Shown here in pieces: positions 1 through 10,594 of a stretch of DNA of 64,000 bases; positions within the stretch are counted from its first letter, which is position 1; each line of letters opens with the position of its first letter. The translations under genes were made by a program, and so were the position numbers. The stretch comes from an uncultured Anaerolineae bacterium (GTDB taxonomy: Bacteria; Chloroflexota; Anaerolineae; Aggregatilineales; UBA3940). The notes beneath the pieces are model-generated. The model saw only the letters and a program-made list of their open reading frames with translations, was not told the DNA's origin and did not search any database. The DNA lies in NCBI GenBank assembly GCA_964390105.1, contig CAYMGV010000004.1, positions 3,951 through 67,950 on the forward strand, in the 5' to 3' direction.

Positions 1-2
1 TG

Positions 3-1463
3 GCCCCCTTCCCCGTCAAGGTTGAAATGCTCTCCCGCTTCCGGTCTGCCTCAGAACAGGCCCGGATCATCGAGTCATTTGGCACTGGAGAACTCGACAT
101 CCTGATCGGCACACATCGACTCCTGGGCAGTGACGTCAAACCGAATGACCTTGGCCTGTTGATCATCGACGAAGAACAGCGTTTCGGCGTGGCACACAAG
201 GAACAACTCAAGCAGATGCGTACCGAGGTCGATGTGTTGACGCTGACCGCCACCCCCATCCCACGCACCTTGTACATGGGCCTGACCGGGGTGCGCGATA
301 TCAGCATCATTAACACCGCCCCGGCGGAACGCCTGCCGGTCGTGACGCATGTAGCCCGCCGTGAAGAATCACTGATCCGGCAGGCCATTATCAAAGAGTT
401 GGATCGCGGTGGTCAGGCGTTCTTCGTTCATAACCGCGTACGCACCATCCAGAGCGAGGTCTCACGGCTGCGCAAGTTGGTCCCTGAGGCGCGCATCGGG
501 ATGGCGCACGGACAGATGAACGAGCATCAACTGGAGAAGATCATGCAGGCATTTGGCGAGCAGGAGATCGATGTACTGGTCAGCACCAACATCATCGAGG
601 CCGGGCTGGATATCCCCAATGCCAACACCCTCATCGTGGATCGTGCCGACCGTTTCGGCCTGTCGCAGCTATATCAACTGCGCGGGCGCGTAGGGCGCAG
701 CGCTAACCGCGCCTATGCGTATTTCTTCCACCCACCGTCACATAAACTCACCGACGAAGCCCGTATGCGGCTCGATACCATCGCCGAGTACACCGACCTC
801 GGTTCCGGTCTGAACATTGCCATGCGTGACCTCGAAATTCGTGGTGCCGGCGACCTGCTCGGCACGCGCCAGAGCGGCCATATTGCAGCGGTAGGCTTCC
901 ACCTCTACATGCGCATGCTGTCCCAGACGGTGGAGCAGTTCAAGGAGCTGCATGAAGCAGGCATCCAGCCGGAGCAGATCGAGATCGAAAGCCTTGAAGG
1001 TCCTCGTGAATTCGTCACCATTGAGCTACCCATCGCCACGTATATCCCCACGGCCTATGTCCCCGATATGGGGCTGCGTATCCAGCTTTACCGTCGCATC
1101 GGCGACCTGTCAAACTCGGCAGCCGTGGAGCAGCTTGAAACGGAACTCACTGACCGCTTTGGCGCGCTGCCTGACCCGGTCAGGAACCTGCTATACCAGA
1201 TCAGAGTCAAAATCCTTGCGCTGCAAAACAGCGCTGATGCCATCATTAGCGAAAACGAACAGGTCGGGGTCAAGATTGCGGGGCTGGCTTTTATCGACCG
1301 GCAGGGATTGCAGCGGCAGATCGGCATGGGCGTTCGAGTCAGCCGAACAGCGTTGTGGCTACCACGCAGTGACCAATGGAAACAGAATTTACTGACCCTT
1401 CTGGCGCGCCTTCCAGAGTTCAATATCACAGCACAGCAAAAGCAAACTGAAACCGAGGGGTAA
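3..1463 (+). CDS. mfd: Transcription-repair coupling factor Mfd, C-terminal part (5' end outside window)
   Basis: SF2 motifs DEEQRFG, TATPIPRT, QLRGRVGR, TRG motif DLEIRGAG and a TRCF C-terminal domain; frame open to the window edge. Confidence 0.97.
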   Translation, partial: APFPVKVEMLSRFRSASEQARIIESFGTGELDILIGTHRLLGSDVKPNDLGLLIIDEEQRFGVAHKEQLKQMRTEVDVLTLTATPIPRTLYMGLTGVRDISIINTAPAERLPVVTHVARREESLIRQAIIKELDRGGQAFFVHNRVRTIQSEVSRLRKLVPEARIGMAHGQMNEHQLEKIMQAFGEQEIDVLVSTNIIEAGLDIPNANTLIVDRADRFGLSQLYQLRGRVGRSANRAYAYFFHPPSHKLTDEARMRLDTIAEYTDLGSGLNIAMRDLEIRGAGDLLGTRQSGHIAAVGFHLYMRMLSQTVEQFKELHEAGIQPEQIEIESLEGPREFVTIELPIATYIPTAYVPDMGLRIQLYRRIGDLSNSAAVEQLETELTDRFGALPDPVRNLLYQIRVKILALQNSADAIISENEQVGVKIAGLAFIDRQGLQRQIGMGVRVSRTALWLPRSDQWKQNLLTLLARLPEFNITAQQKQTETEG

Positions 1464-1470
1464 GTACAAC

Positions 1471-1495
1471 AGGCAGGCGGCCGTCTTGCCTTTTT
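1471..1495 (+). terminator. Probable intrinsic terminator after mfd
   Basis: AGGCAGGCGG / CCGTCTTGCCT imperfect stem followed by a T run. Confidence 0.55.
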
Positions 1496-1572
1496 ACCAC
1501 ACCGTTCTATACTGTAAGTCGGATGGGGTTGCCATTCCGGATACCAGTCACCCGCCAGGAGTTAAGCCCGTC

Positions 1573-3489
1573 ATGAAAAAGCAGATTCTGATTGTTCTGG
1601 TGATGCTGGCTTTAGCCGCCATCGCTTGCGGTTCCAGCGGTCAGCAGGCACCCCCACAGGTGATCCCTGCACCCGCATCACCGACACCGCCCCCCATCCC
1701 CACAGATGTCCCCGTGACACCGACCCCCATCGAGGCAGAAGAAGTCGGCGGTGGTGGTGAACCGGAAGTGGAGGCGGCAGAAGCTATCATAGCCCCCGCG
1801 ATCTTTGCCTATGGTTCCACGCGGGATGGCAGGCTGGGGATTTACTTTCTGACCGCCGACGCCAGCGTTGCAGCACCGCTGCCTCTGCCTGCCGAGGTTA
1901 ACCATGCCGTTTGGCCTGCCGTTTCCCCTGGTGGCACACGCATTGCGTTTGTCTCGGTACGGGGCAGCGCCGACCTGCGCCCGAATGGCATCTTCATTGC
2001 CAACCTTGACGGTAGCAACGCATTACAAATCACGTTTGGTGATGGCACGCACCCAACATGGTCACCGACTGGGGGCGGTATCGCCTTTAGCTGCGAAGGT
2101 GGCACCGATATCTGCATCGCCAACGTCGATGGCAGCGCCGTGGTCAACCTGACCGAGGAATTCGAGGGTTTCAGCCGCTACCCAAGCTGGACGCCGGATG
2201 GCCGTATCGTGTTTATGTCCTCGCGTGATATACAGGATGACTTTAACCTGTACAGTGAAATCTACATCATGGATTCCGATGGGACCAACGTCACACGCCT
2301 GACGGAAGACGGCACCGCTTACAACAGCTACCCGCAGGTATCGCCTGATGGCAACCTGATCATCTATGAGTCCGATAAGGACGTGCCGGGCAGCACTGAG
2401 CTATATGTGATGAGCACCAACGGTGAAGGATCGCGGCGGTTGACGCAGGATACCTTCCAGAATCAGAATGCTGTGTGGTCACCAGATTCAGCCCGCATCA
2501 TGTACTCGGCTGATACCGGTAATGGCAACCGTGACCTGCTCTTTGCCCGCGTTGATGACGCCAACGCCATCAGCCGCCTGACGGTGAACGCTTACGAGGA
2601 TGGTGGGCTGAGGCTGGGTCATGATTGGATGAGCGGCCCCGTCAATGTGGCCGGTTTTGTGCCTGAAGGCCAGGACATCACGCTCACTCTGCCCCAGGGT
2701 GTAGACGAGCCAGTAACCAATGCTATCCTGTTTGCCGCAAATGAGTTTAACTGCACCGACTGCCTCGAAACGGGAATCTATCGCGTTAATTTCGATGGGG
2801 CCAACCTGTCACAATTGATTGATTTCGGGGAATACCCTGCCTGGGCACCGGATTATACTCGCTTTGCGTTCACATACGACGGGGAGCTGTACATAGCGAA
2901 CGCTGATGGTACTGAGGTGGTTCAACTTACTGAGGCATTCTTTGGTCTGACGGCCCCGGTCTGGCATGCCGACGGGACCCGCATCCTTGTTGACTGCGTT
3001 CCCTATGGGCAGCATGATGTGTGCCTTATCGACCCCGAAACCGGGCAAATCACTAACCTGACTGAGCAAATCACGCTGGGCACCGGTATCCCGTACCCAT
3101 CCTGGTACCTTGATCGTATCCTTGTCGGCTCTCAACTGCTGACTCTGGATGGCGTGCTGGTCGAATCACTCCCTGCTGCTGGGCGCGTCTCACCCAACGG
3201 ACGTCAGCTTGCTACTGTCACCGCCGACCGCCAGATCGCCTCGGTGGCGCTGGATGTCGATGACACCACCACACTAACCAGTGACGGCACCACCAAGGGC
3301 TTCCCGATCTGGTCACCTAACAGTGACCTGATTGTCTACACAGTCGCCTCCGGTGATGGTCGCCAGTACCTCGCTGTGATGCGAACGGACGGCACCAACC
3401 AGGAAATCATCACACCGGCCTTTGCCGCAGGCCCGACTAATGCCACCGCCCCGATTGATCTCTACCTCGGTTATTCCTGGGGCAACTAA
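1573..3489 (+). CDS. Lipoprotein with TolB/PD40 beta-propeller repeats (two propeller regions, Pro/Thr-rich linker)
   Basis: Signal peptide MKKQILIVLVMLALAAIAC with lipobox; many WSPDG/SPDG-type repeats; ATG at 1573 with AGGAG upstream. Confidence 0.88.
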   Translation: MKKQILIVLVMLALAAIACGSSGQQAPPQVIPAPASPTPPPIPTDVPVTPTPIEAEEVGGGGEPEVEAAEAIIAPAIFAYGSTRDGRLGIYFLTADASVAAPLPLPAEVNHAVWPAVSPGGTRIAFVSVRGSADLRPNGIFIANLDGSNALQITFGDGTHPTWSPTGGGIAFSCEGGTDICIANVDGSAVVNLTEEFEGFSRYPSWTPDGRIVFMSSRDIQDDFNLYSEIYIMDSDGTNVTRLTEDGTAYNSYPQVSPDGNLIIYESDKDVPGSTELYVMSTNGEGSRRLTQDTFQNQNAVWSPDSARIMYSADTGNGNRDLLFARVDDANAISRLTVNAYEDGGLRLGHDWMSGPVNVAGFVPEGQDITLTLPQGVDEPVTNAILFAANEFNCTDCLETGIYRVNFDGANLSQLIDFGEYPAWAPDYTRFAFTYDGELYIANADGTEVVQLTEAFFGLTAPVWHADGTRILVDCVPYGQHDVCLIDPETGQITNLTEQITLGTGIPYPSWYLDRILVGSQLLTLDGVLVESLPAAGRVSPNGRQLATVTADRQIASVALDVDDTTTLTSDGTTKGFPIWSPNSDLIVYTVASGDGRQYLAVMRTDGTNQEIITPAFAAGPTNATAPIDLYLGYSWGN

Positions 3490-3518
3490 CCCCGGCATCT
3501 TCTGATCTTAAGCGTATG

Positions 3519-3554
3519 GCCGCACGTGTGAAATTCACCGTGCGGCATTTTTTT
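3519..3554 (+). terminator. Intrinsic terminator
   Basis: GCCGCACG ... CGTGCGGC stem followed by ATTTTTTT. Confidence 0.75.
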
Positions 3555-3560
3555 ACCGGA

Positions 3561-3589
3561 TTGCACAGGTTCAAATAGGGTGCTAGAAT
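3561..3589 (+). promoter_or_regulatory. Sigma70-type promoter for the HNH gene
   Basis: TTGCAC - 17 bp - TAGAAT with an extended -10 TG. Confidence 0.65.
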
Positions 3590-3668
3590 GACCGGGGCTG
3601 CGCATACAAGAGGGCTAAGAACGACAACACGGGGTTAGGTTTTGTGTCAGGATAACAGGAGTATCCAC

Positions 3669-4175
3669 ATGGCAGAGCAACCCGTACTGGTACTCAACGC
3701 CAATTATGAGCCGTTGAATGTATGCACTACACGCCGCGCCGTGGGCCTGATGATGACCGGTAAAGCCGAAGCACTGGTAAATCGTAACGATCCGATCCGT
3801 ACCGCATCAGCCAATTTGCCACGGCCTTCGATTGTGCGGCTCTCCTATATGGTTCAGCGGCCTCATCCACGGGTCAAACTCACCAAGCGTGAGATTTTTC
3901 GCCGCGATCACTATACGTGCCAGTACTGCGGTAAATCTGGCCCCCCTCTGACCATTGATCACATCGTCCCACGAACCAAGCACGGCCCGCATACGTGGGA
4001 GAACCTGGTAACAGCCTGTCCCTCCTGCAATCGACGCAAGGGTAACCGCACACCAGGTGAAGCCGGGATGCCCCTGATCAACAACCCCGCAGAACCAAGC
4101 GCGTCAGCGGAATATATGTTTGGCCGTATCGCGGAAATCAACGAAGGCTGGCAGGAGTACATCCGGGGCTGGTAA
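3669..4175 (+). CDS. HNH endonuclease (McrA-like, VLVLNxxYEPL family)
   Basis: IFRRDHYTCQYCG, TIDHIVPR, WENLVTACPSCNRRKG; AGGAG RBS before ATG 3669. Confidence 0.92.
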   Translation: MAEQPVLVLNANYEPLNVCTTRRAVGLMMTGKAEALVNRNDPIRTASANLPRPSIVRLSYMVQRPHPRVKLTKREIFRRDHYTCQYCGKSGPPLTIDHIVPRTKHGPHTWENLVTACPSCNRRKGNRTPGEAGMPLINNPAEPSASAEYMFGRIAEINEGWQEYIRGW

Positions 4176-4192
4176 GAAATCGCCTGATCAGA

Positions 4193-4226
4193 CGAGGGAG
4201 AGCCGCTTGCTCTCCCTCGCACTTTT
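4193..4226. terminator. Terminator hairpin between convergent HNH and hpf genes
   Basis: Perfect 11-bp stem CGAGGGAGAGC / GCTCTCCCTCG. Confidence 0.7.
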
Positions 4227-4239
4227 GACATCGGGCCGG

Positions 4240-4788
4240 TTATTCTTCGGGCACAATCACACCGTAATCGCCATCCTTGCGGCGGTACAGAACATTGACC
4301 ACCCCGGTATCCCCATTCAGGAACACAAAGAAATCATGGCCGAGCATCTCTAACTGCTCGATGGCTTCCTCATCATTCATGGGAAGCACCGCAAACGTCT
4401 TCCGGCGCACCACCTGACCACTTTCCATGTCCTCATCCAGCAACGTGACCGCAGTCTCATACCCTTCAAAGGTGGTCTCAGGTTCACGCGTGCGCCGTTT
4501 ACCCTTGTATTTCTCGATACGACGATACATACGATCAACAGCCGTATCCACTGAACCCGTCAGGTCATCCGATACTTCCTCAGCCCGCAGGATACTGCCG
4601 CGAGCATGACGCACGGTGATCTGAGCCTTCTTCTGATCAGCACCACGTACCCCGGTATCGACCGCGAGGTCTACCCGCACTTCCTGGATGTCGGGAAGAT
4701 AGCGATCCAATCGTTGAACCTTGCGTTCAATGTAGCTTTCAAGACGGGGCGTAACCTGTACATTCCGTCCGTGGATCGTGACATCCAT
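4240..4788 (-). CDS. hpf: Ribosome hibernation promoting factor, long HPF/RaiA
   Basis: N-terminal ITGRN-like S30AE domain (TIHGRNVQVTPRL) and C-terminal VVRRK..PM..EEAIEQLEMLGHDFFVF..YRRKDGDYG; AAGGAG RBS. Confidence 0.95.
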   Translation of the reverse strand: MDVTIHGRNVQVTPRLESYIERKVQRLDRYLPDIQEVRVDLAVDTGVRGADQKKAQITVRHARGSILRAEEVSDDLTGSVDTAVDRMYRRIEKYKGKRRTREPETTFEGYETAVTLLDEDMESGQVVRRKTFAVLPMNDEEAIEQLEMLGHDFFVFLNGDTGVVNVLYRRKDGDYGVIVPEE

Positions 4789-4960
4789 TGTATGCTCCTT
4801 TCAGCACAAAGCGAGGAATCAAAAGGCCGCACAAACTCGTTGGATTGACCGGGCAATCCTGTACGGACAGGATAAACGGCAATTCAACAGAAGCATGTAC
4901 GGTCCAGAGGCTCGTCCCTGTGATGTAAACCTGCTACTGCGCCACAGGGAACATTTATCG

Positions 4961-5686
4961 TTACAGATGACCTGCACGTGCCAGGGTAACCGCGGCAACC
5001 TGATTAGCGCCATGGGAGAGCAGCGCCTGGGCACAGGCATCAAGGGTTGACCCGGTCGTACAAATATCATCTATTATCAGTATACGATAACTTGCAAGAT
5101 TTGGGCCAATCGATTGAAACGCATGACGTACGTTTACCCTCCGATCCACCGCACTGAGTTCAGCCTGCCGCTGATCCTGCCGGACGCGAGCCAGCAGATC
5201 ATCCCGGTACAGGTCAGGGATGCCCCACTCGGTGCAAGCGGATTCGGCAAGCAGCGCTGCGTGATTATAGCCGCGCTGCGCCATGCGTTCGAGGCTCATT
5301 GGCACCGGAATGACAGCATCAAGCGTATCAGGTCGCGGTACCTGCTGCGCCAGGAGCCTCCCCAACACATGGCCCAGGGCCTTCACCCGTTGATACTTGA
5401 GGGCATGAATGGCCTCCCGCAGCACGCCCTCATATTGGTAAGCTGACTGGATATGCTCAACTGCCAGTGGGGAGGCCGCACAGCGTGAACACAGGTCACC
5501 GCTGACACCTGCCATCAGTGGATCAGAACAGCGGGAACACATCGGCTGAGCTGGTGGCAGAAAACCGGAAATGCAGGATGTGCAGAGGAGGTTCTCCAGG
5601 CGGCCACATCCCACACAGGTTGGCGGAAAAAGAAGGTTAAGCGCCCCATCGACCAGGTGCCTGACCCCTTTGGAAAAATCGTTCAC
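4961..5686 (-). CDS. comF: ComF family protein (double zinc ribbon plus PRTase domain)
   Basis: LLFPPTCVGC and further CxxC pairs, RGYNHA, PRPP loop ILIIDDICTTGST. Confidence 0.93.
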   Translation of the reverse strand: MNDFSKGVRHLVDGALNLLFPPTCVGCGRLENLLCTSCISGFLPPAQPMCSRCSDPLMAGVSGDLCSRCAASPLAVEHIQSAYQYEGVLREAIHALKYQRVKALGHVLGRLLAQQVPRPDTLDAVIPVPMSLERMAQRGYNHAALLAESACTEWGIPDLYRDDLLARVRQDQRQAELSAVDRRVNVRHAFQSIGPNLASYRILIIDDICTTGSTLDACAQALLSHGANQVAAVTLARAGHL

Positions 5687-5689
5687 ACG

Positions 5690-6694
5690 CTAGAAGACCC
5701 CCAGCAGTCCACCACCGAAGAAGATGCGATATACCTGGATGATCGCAGGGCCAAGCAGCACCATCCAGATCGTCGGGAAGATGAAGATCACCATCGGGAT
5801 CATCATTTTGACCGGGGCCTGCTGCGCCTTTTCCTGCGCACGCTGACGCCGCTTGATGCGCATCTGGTCCGCCTGAATTTTCAGCACCTTCGTGATGCTG
5901 ACACCGAGTTGATCTGCCTGGATGATGGCACCGGTAAACGTGGTGATATCTGACACGTCGATGTTATCCGCCATGTTGCGAAGAGCTTCACGACGGGTTT
6001 TACCCAGTTGAATCTCGCGAATCACGCGGCCAAATGCCAGGGCCAACTCGTTTTCATCCCACTTCTCATGGACCTTCGACATCGCCTGATCAAAGCCGAG
6101 ACCGGCCTCCACACAGATGGACATCAGATCGAGTGCATCAGGTAGAGTCTTGATGATCTCGTTCTGACGCCGCGAAACCTTGCTTTGCAGCCACATGGCG
6201 GGCATCACGAAGCCAAACACGGCACCGCCTACCCCGCCCAGAATAACAAACAGTGATTTCTGCCCCGTGATACGGAAGACCAGCAGCAGCATAAAACCAA
6301 GGCCCACAGCAGCAACAAAGCGCATCACCCACAAGATGGAAGGCGTGACGCCACTTGGATTACCCGCGAGGTTGATCAGACGCTGCGTTTTTTGCAGTGT
6401 TTCCTGCGGGGTGAACTGCGTGGTGAAGTTGGCGATCTGTTCCATCAGCGGCAGGATCACGCGCTGAGTAAACGGCACTGACATCTCGATTTCCTCGAGA
6501 TTGGCCCTGATCTCGGTGGCGTCCACGTAGTCTGCAAGGCGCTCTTGCAGTGGGTCCACATCGCGATTACGGGTGACGGCCACTGCCACCAGCCCCAATG
6601 CAATCAACCCGCCGATACCAACCAGTATCCACGGCAGAATGCTCATGAAGTTGAATCCAGCCTGTGCGGCTTCAGCCGCTGTCCCTGCATCCAT
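5690..6694 (-). CDS. tadC: Tad pilus inner-membrane platform protein TadC (T2SSF domain)
   Basis: LPDALDLMSICVEAGLGFDQA, QAEQLG-like QADQLG, RRQRAQEKAQQAPVKM; follows tadB. Confidence 0.93.
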   Translation of the reverse strand: MDAGTAAEAAQAGFNFMSILPWILVGIGGLIALGLVAVAVTRNRDVDPLQERLADYVDATEIRANLEEIEMSVPFTQRVILPLMEQIANFTTQFTPQETLQKTQRLINLAGNPSGVTPSILWVMRFVAAVGLGFMLLLVFRITGQKSLFVILGGVGGAVFGFVMPAMWLQSKVSRRQNEIIKTLPDALDLMSICVEAGLGFDQAMSKVHEKWDENELALAFGRVIREIQLGKTRREALRNMADNIDVSDITTFTGAIIQADQLGVSITKVLKIQADQMRIKRRQRAQEKAQQAPVKMMIPMVIFIFPTIWMVLLGPAIIQVYRIFFGGGLLGVF

Positions 6695-6728
6695 AGTATT
6701 CCCCCGTTACCTCAATGAACAGCGTCCG

Positions 6729-7685
6729 TTACACTTCAATATCGATAATACGCTGAATGACGGCCATACCGATGCCCATCATCGTCAGACCCAGCGCCAC
6801 AATCGGCCAGCCACATGGAATCGGCAGGCCAGGAATATACGCCCCGCCCCGGTCTGGGCCAAAGAACAACTGGCCCATGTAGTCAGGGTTGATAAGCAGC
6901 AGGAACAGCGCGAGGAGGATCGGCAGCAGACCGATCAACGTACCTGTTGCGCGACCGGATGAGGTCAGCGTCCGAATCTCACCCTTAATGCGCACACGCT
7001 CACGGATCGTCTCGCTGATGGTATCGAGGATTTCCGCCAGGTTACCACCAACCTCACGCTGAATGTTCACCGCGGTAAACACCAGGTCGAGGTCTTCATT
7101 TTCAAGGCGGGAAAGCATGTTGTTGAGAGCCACTTCGGGTGGGATACCAATGGCGATCTCAGATACCACGCGCTTGAACTCAATGCCAGCAGGGTCTGGT
7201 GCCTCACGTGCGACAGCTTCCATCGCCTGCACCACACTGTACCCGGCACGGAGTGAGTTCACCCACAGGTTGAGAACGTCACCCAACTGCTCTGAGAACT
7301 GCTTCTTCCGCTGGTTTTGACGATACCCGACATAGAGACGCGGGGCGAACAGACCGGCGATAAAGCCAATCCCGGCAAACGCCACATTGCCCAGCAAAAG
7401 ACCAACCGCAGCCAACGCACCCGCCGCCACGACATGGGCGAGCAGATATTCTGCGACGGTTAGCTTGAGGTCCGCTTTACGAAGCTGAGCTCGGATACCG
7501 CCCGCAAAACCCTGTGTTGCCAGCGCATTATCCAGGCGCTCTGCTACGATCTCACGCGCGCTCTTGCCGGCAAGGGCCTCCGCATCAAGTGCCTGCTGTT
7601 CGGTACTTGGAGTCCATTCACTGTCAAGGAAAGACTCAAGCTGGTCGAGCCGTTCGCTTGTTTTATCTTTACCCAGTAACGGCAT
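6729..7685 (-). CDS. tadB: Tad pilus inner-membrane platform protein TadB (T2SSF domain)
   Basis: SLRAGYS, IQREVGGNLAEIL, IRERVRIKGEIRTLT, C-terminal IIDIEV. Confidence 0.93.
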   Translation of the reverse strand: MPLLGKDKTSERLDQLESFLDSEWTPSTEQQALDAEALAGKSAREIVAERLDNALATQGFAGGIRAQLRKADLKLTVAEYLLAHVVAAGALAAVGLLLGNVAFAGIGFIAGLFAPRLYVGYRQNQRKKQFSEQLGDVLNLWVNSLRAGYSVVQAMEAVAREAPDPAGIEFKRVVSEIAIGIPPEVALNNMLSRLENEDLDLVFTAVNIQREVGGNLAEILDTISETIRERVRIKGEIRTLTSSGRATGTLIGLLPILLALFLLLINPDYMGQLFFGPDRGGAYIPGLPIPCGWPIVALGLTMMGIGMAVIQRIIDIEV

Positions 7686-7737
7686 CGATTGACTTCCTTA
7701 CTAAACTTGTCAAGAACTGATCTCCATCCCCTTGATC

Positions 7738-9153
7738 TTAACGGCGTGCCTGGCCGATGCCAAAGACAGAGGGCGGAAGCTGGATACCCGCATCGATGAT
7801 CTTCTGCATGTTCTTGGGCCGCAGGCCGGTCGGGCGGATGCGCCCAATGATACGTTCACCTTCCTGGCCCGTCTGCTCAAACTCGAAGATATCGGCCAAA
7901 GTGATGACATCACCTTCCATACCCTGAACTTCCGTGACACGGGTAATACGACGTGACCCGTCGCGCAGACGGTCGGCATGACAGATCATATGTACCGCCG
8001 ATGCAATCTGCTCACGGATGGCTCGTATGGGCAGGTCCATACCTGACATCAGGCACATCGTTTCCAACCGGGAAAGCGTGTCACGTGGGCTGTTGCTGTG
8101 CGCCGTGCCCATCGAGCCGTCATGGCCGGTGTTCATCGCCTGGATCAGGTCGAGCGCTTCACCACCACGAACCTCGCCAACAACCACACGGTCAGGGCGC
8201 ATACGAAGGGAGTTAATCACGAGGTCGCGGATGGTCACCTCGCCCTTACCTTCAATATTGGGGGGGCGGCTCTCAAGGCGAATGACATGCTCCTGCCGAA
8301 GCTGAAGCTCAGCCGCGTTCTCAATTGTGACAATGCGCTCATCACCCGGAATGAAACCGGACAGGATGTTAAGCAAGGTCGTCTTACCGGACCCTGTACC
8401 CCCTGACACGACAACGTTCATGCCCGAATACACACACGCCCGCAGAAACTCCATCTGCTGAACGGTCGTTGACCCGAAGTCAATCAGATTCTGGACAGTC
8501 AGCGGCACCTTGGAGAACTTACGAATAGTAAGTGCTGTGCCGTCAATCGCAATTGGCGGGATCACGATATTCACACGGGAGCCATCTGGCAGACGGGCGT
8601 CCACCGTCGGTGAACTTTCGTCAATACGGCGGCCCAGCGGAGCCACAATACGGTCACAGATGCGGCGCAGGTGCTCCTCGCTCTCGAAGTGGATCGGTGC
8701 AAGCTCAACCCGCCCCTTCTTCTCCACAAAGACCTTCTCGTGGCCTACCGTCATGATTTCAGTGATGGCCTCTTCATCCAGCAGGGTTTCAAGCGGGCCA
8801 AACCCAAGCAGTTCGGCAACGATCTGCTCATGCAGGCGGCGGCGCTCATTACGCGCCAACACGATGTTTTCTTCCTGCAGAATCTGGGTGAACAGTTCAT
8901 CGATACGAGCGCGCAGTTCCTCAGCCTTGGAGAGATCAAAGGTTTCACCGGGGCCGAGGTCCTCCAGCAAGCGACGCTGAACGCGATCTTTGATATCGAC
9001 ACCGCCTGCCATGCCCACCGCACCATGCGCCTCGCGCCGGGTACGCTGTGGCTGCTGCTGTGGTGAGGACCCTCCACTGGCACCACTGGCACCACCGGCC
9101 CCACCGGAATCACCGGATGATTGCCCTCGTTCAATTCGTTTCAATAAAGACAC
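7738..9153 (-). CDS. cpaF: Tad pilus assembly ATPase CpaF/TadA
   Basis: Walker [46 protein letters not shown]. Confidence 0.96.
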   Translation of the reverse strand: MSLLKRIERGQSSGDSGGAGGASGASGGSSPQQQPQRTRREAHGAVGMAGGVDIKDRVQRRLLEDLGPGETFDLSKAEELRARIDELFTQILQEENIVLARNERRRLHEQIVAELLGFGPLETLLDEEAITEIMTVGHEKVFVEKKGRVELAPIHFESEEHLRRICDRIVAPLGRRIDESSPTVDARLPDGSRVNIVIPPIAIDGTALTIRKFSKVPLTVQNLIDFGSTTVQQMEFLRACVYSGMNVVVSGGTGSGKTTLLNILSGFIPGDERIVTIENAAELQLRQEHVIRLESRPPNIEGKGEVTIRDLVINSLRMRPDRVVVGEVRGGEALDLIQAMNTGHDGSMGTAHSNSPRDTLSRLETMCLMSGMDLPIRAIREQIASAVHMICHADRLRDGSRRITRVTEVQGMEGDVITLADIFEFEQTGQEGERIIGRIRPTGLRPKNMQKIIDAGIQLPPSVFGIGQARR

Positions 9154-9225
9154 TGAGGCTCTCCTTTTTCACTATCCTCATGCTACCAGTCAACTACCGT
9201 CCCACCTTTAGTGTACAGGAAAACG

Positions 9226-10479
9226 CTACCGACGGAAAAGCCCGAACCCGCCCCGTGACTGTTCCCCGGGGATTTCTTCGATTTCCTTGTATGATTCCAC
9301 GATCAATTGTACCAGATCGTTGAGCGGCTTCACGGATATCACCTTGCGCGGGTCCAGCGTGATCAACGGAACACCACGGTTTACGGCCTCATCCGCTGCG
9401 CCGTCTTCGGGTATCTCTATCAGAACTTCGTGCTTCAGGAAGCTCGATATCTGCTCTGATGTAATGCGCCCAGTCTTGGATACGCGGTTCAGAACCAGCA
9501 TAATGTTTTCGGGGGGATACTCCAGGCCGGAAAGCTCCGAGAACAGGATACGGGTGTTCTTGAGGGCTGGCATAGTGGGGGTCGCCGTGAGAATCAGCCG
9601 ATCAGCAACCTGGATGACACCGGCCATCATATCATCGATCACCGTAGATGTATCGATAATGATGTAATCAAACTGCTGCTTCAGAGTATCCAGCATCGCC
9701 ATGATCTGTGAGGCTGTATATCCAGAGACCTCACCAGGGTTGGCGGGCGATAGCAGCAGGCGTATGCCACTTTCATGCGAAACCAACGCACCCTCCAGCA
9801 CAGCCGGGTCAATACCTTCGGGATCCTCCGCCATGATGGCAAGGTCCAGCACATTGTACTGGGCACGCGCATTGATAAACACGCCAACATCACCAAAAAA
9901 GATATTACCATCAATCAGCAGAATCCGGTCATTGGTCTCACGGGCAATGCCAATCGCGAGATTGACAGCCAGCGTGGTCTTCCCCACCCCGCCCTTCGGC
10001 CCCAGTACACCGATCACATGCCCCTGGGCACTATGGAAACCCGCTTCAAAGCCGGGGCCTCCCATACCGGGCTGCGGCATCGTCTGCTGGGGCACATCGG
10101 CGGGAATTTTTGAATATGCACGCTCAATGGCCGCGGCCAGTTCATCAGAGGAAACCGGCTTGGCAACGAAGTCAACGGCACCCGCTCGGATGGCCTCACG
10201 AAGGTAGTTCGGATCATCCTGCACTGATACGATGATAACCTGTACGCGCGGCATTTCGGCTGCAATCCGAGCTGTGGCAGTCAGGCCATCCATAACGGGC
10301 ATGTTGATATCCATCAGAACAACGTCGGGATTCAGGGCTTTGATCTGCGCAATGCCCTCTAACCCGTTACTCGCTATCCCCACGATCTGGATGTTGTCTT
10401 CAACCTCCAGCAGGCGCTGAGTCCCCATGCGGGTATCTTCATTATCATCCACGATCAGTACTTTTATTTTGTCAGCCAT
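9226..10479 (-). CDS. cpaE: CpaE/TadZ pilus localisation protein with an N-terminal receiver domain and a MinD/ParA ATPase domain
   Basis: VLIVDD..DINMP receiver, KGGVGKTT P-loop, C-terminal GGFGLFRR amphipathic tail; upstream of cpaF. Confidence 0.88.
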   Translation of the reverse strand: MADKIKVLIVDDNEDTRMGTQRLLEVEDNIQIVGIASNGLEGIAQIKALNPDVVLMDINMPVMDGLTATARIAAEMPRVQVIIVSVQDDPNYLREAIRAGAVDFVAKPVSSDELAAAIERAYSKIPADVPQQTMPQPGMGGPGFEAGFHSAQGHVIGVLGPKGGVGKTTLAVNLAIGIARETNDRILLIDGNIFFGDVGVFINARAQYNVLDLAIMAEDPEGIDPAVLEGALVSHESGIRLLLSPANPGEVSGYTASQIMAMLDTLKQQFDYIIIDTSTVIDDMMAGVIQVADRLILTATPTMPALKNTRILFSELSGLEYPPENIMLVLNRVSKTGRITSEQISSFLKHEVLIEIPEDGAADEAVNRGVPLITLDPRKVISVKPLNDLVQLIVESYKEIEEIPGEQSRGGFGLFRR

Positions 10480-10594
10480 GAATAGTCCCTTATGAAGATT
10501 GTTGCTGCATCCAGTATTTTACTTATTCTACTCGTTTAAGGGTTTTGATGCCCGAAACCCAGGGCCTGCATGGATGTGGGGCACCGATTTGTTT

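Noticed and set aside
3490..4240. HNH gene as an IscB/HEARO-type RNA-guided system
   Set aside because: The protein is short, lacks PLMP and RuvC motifs, and the flanks are explained by a terminator and promoter with little room for a large ncRNA
4789..4960. Canonical raiA motif RNA
   Set aside because: Right genomic position, but the spacer is only ~170 bp and I could not see the conserved sequence blocks
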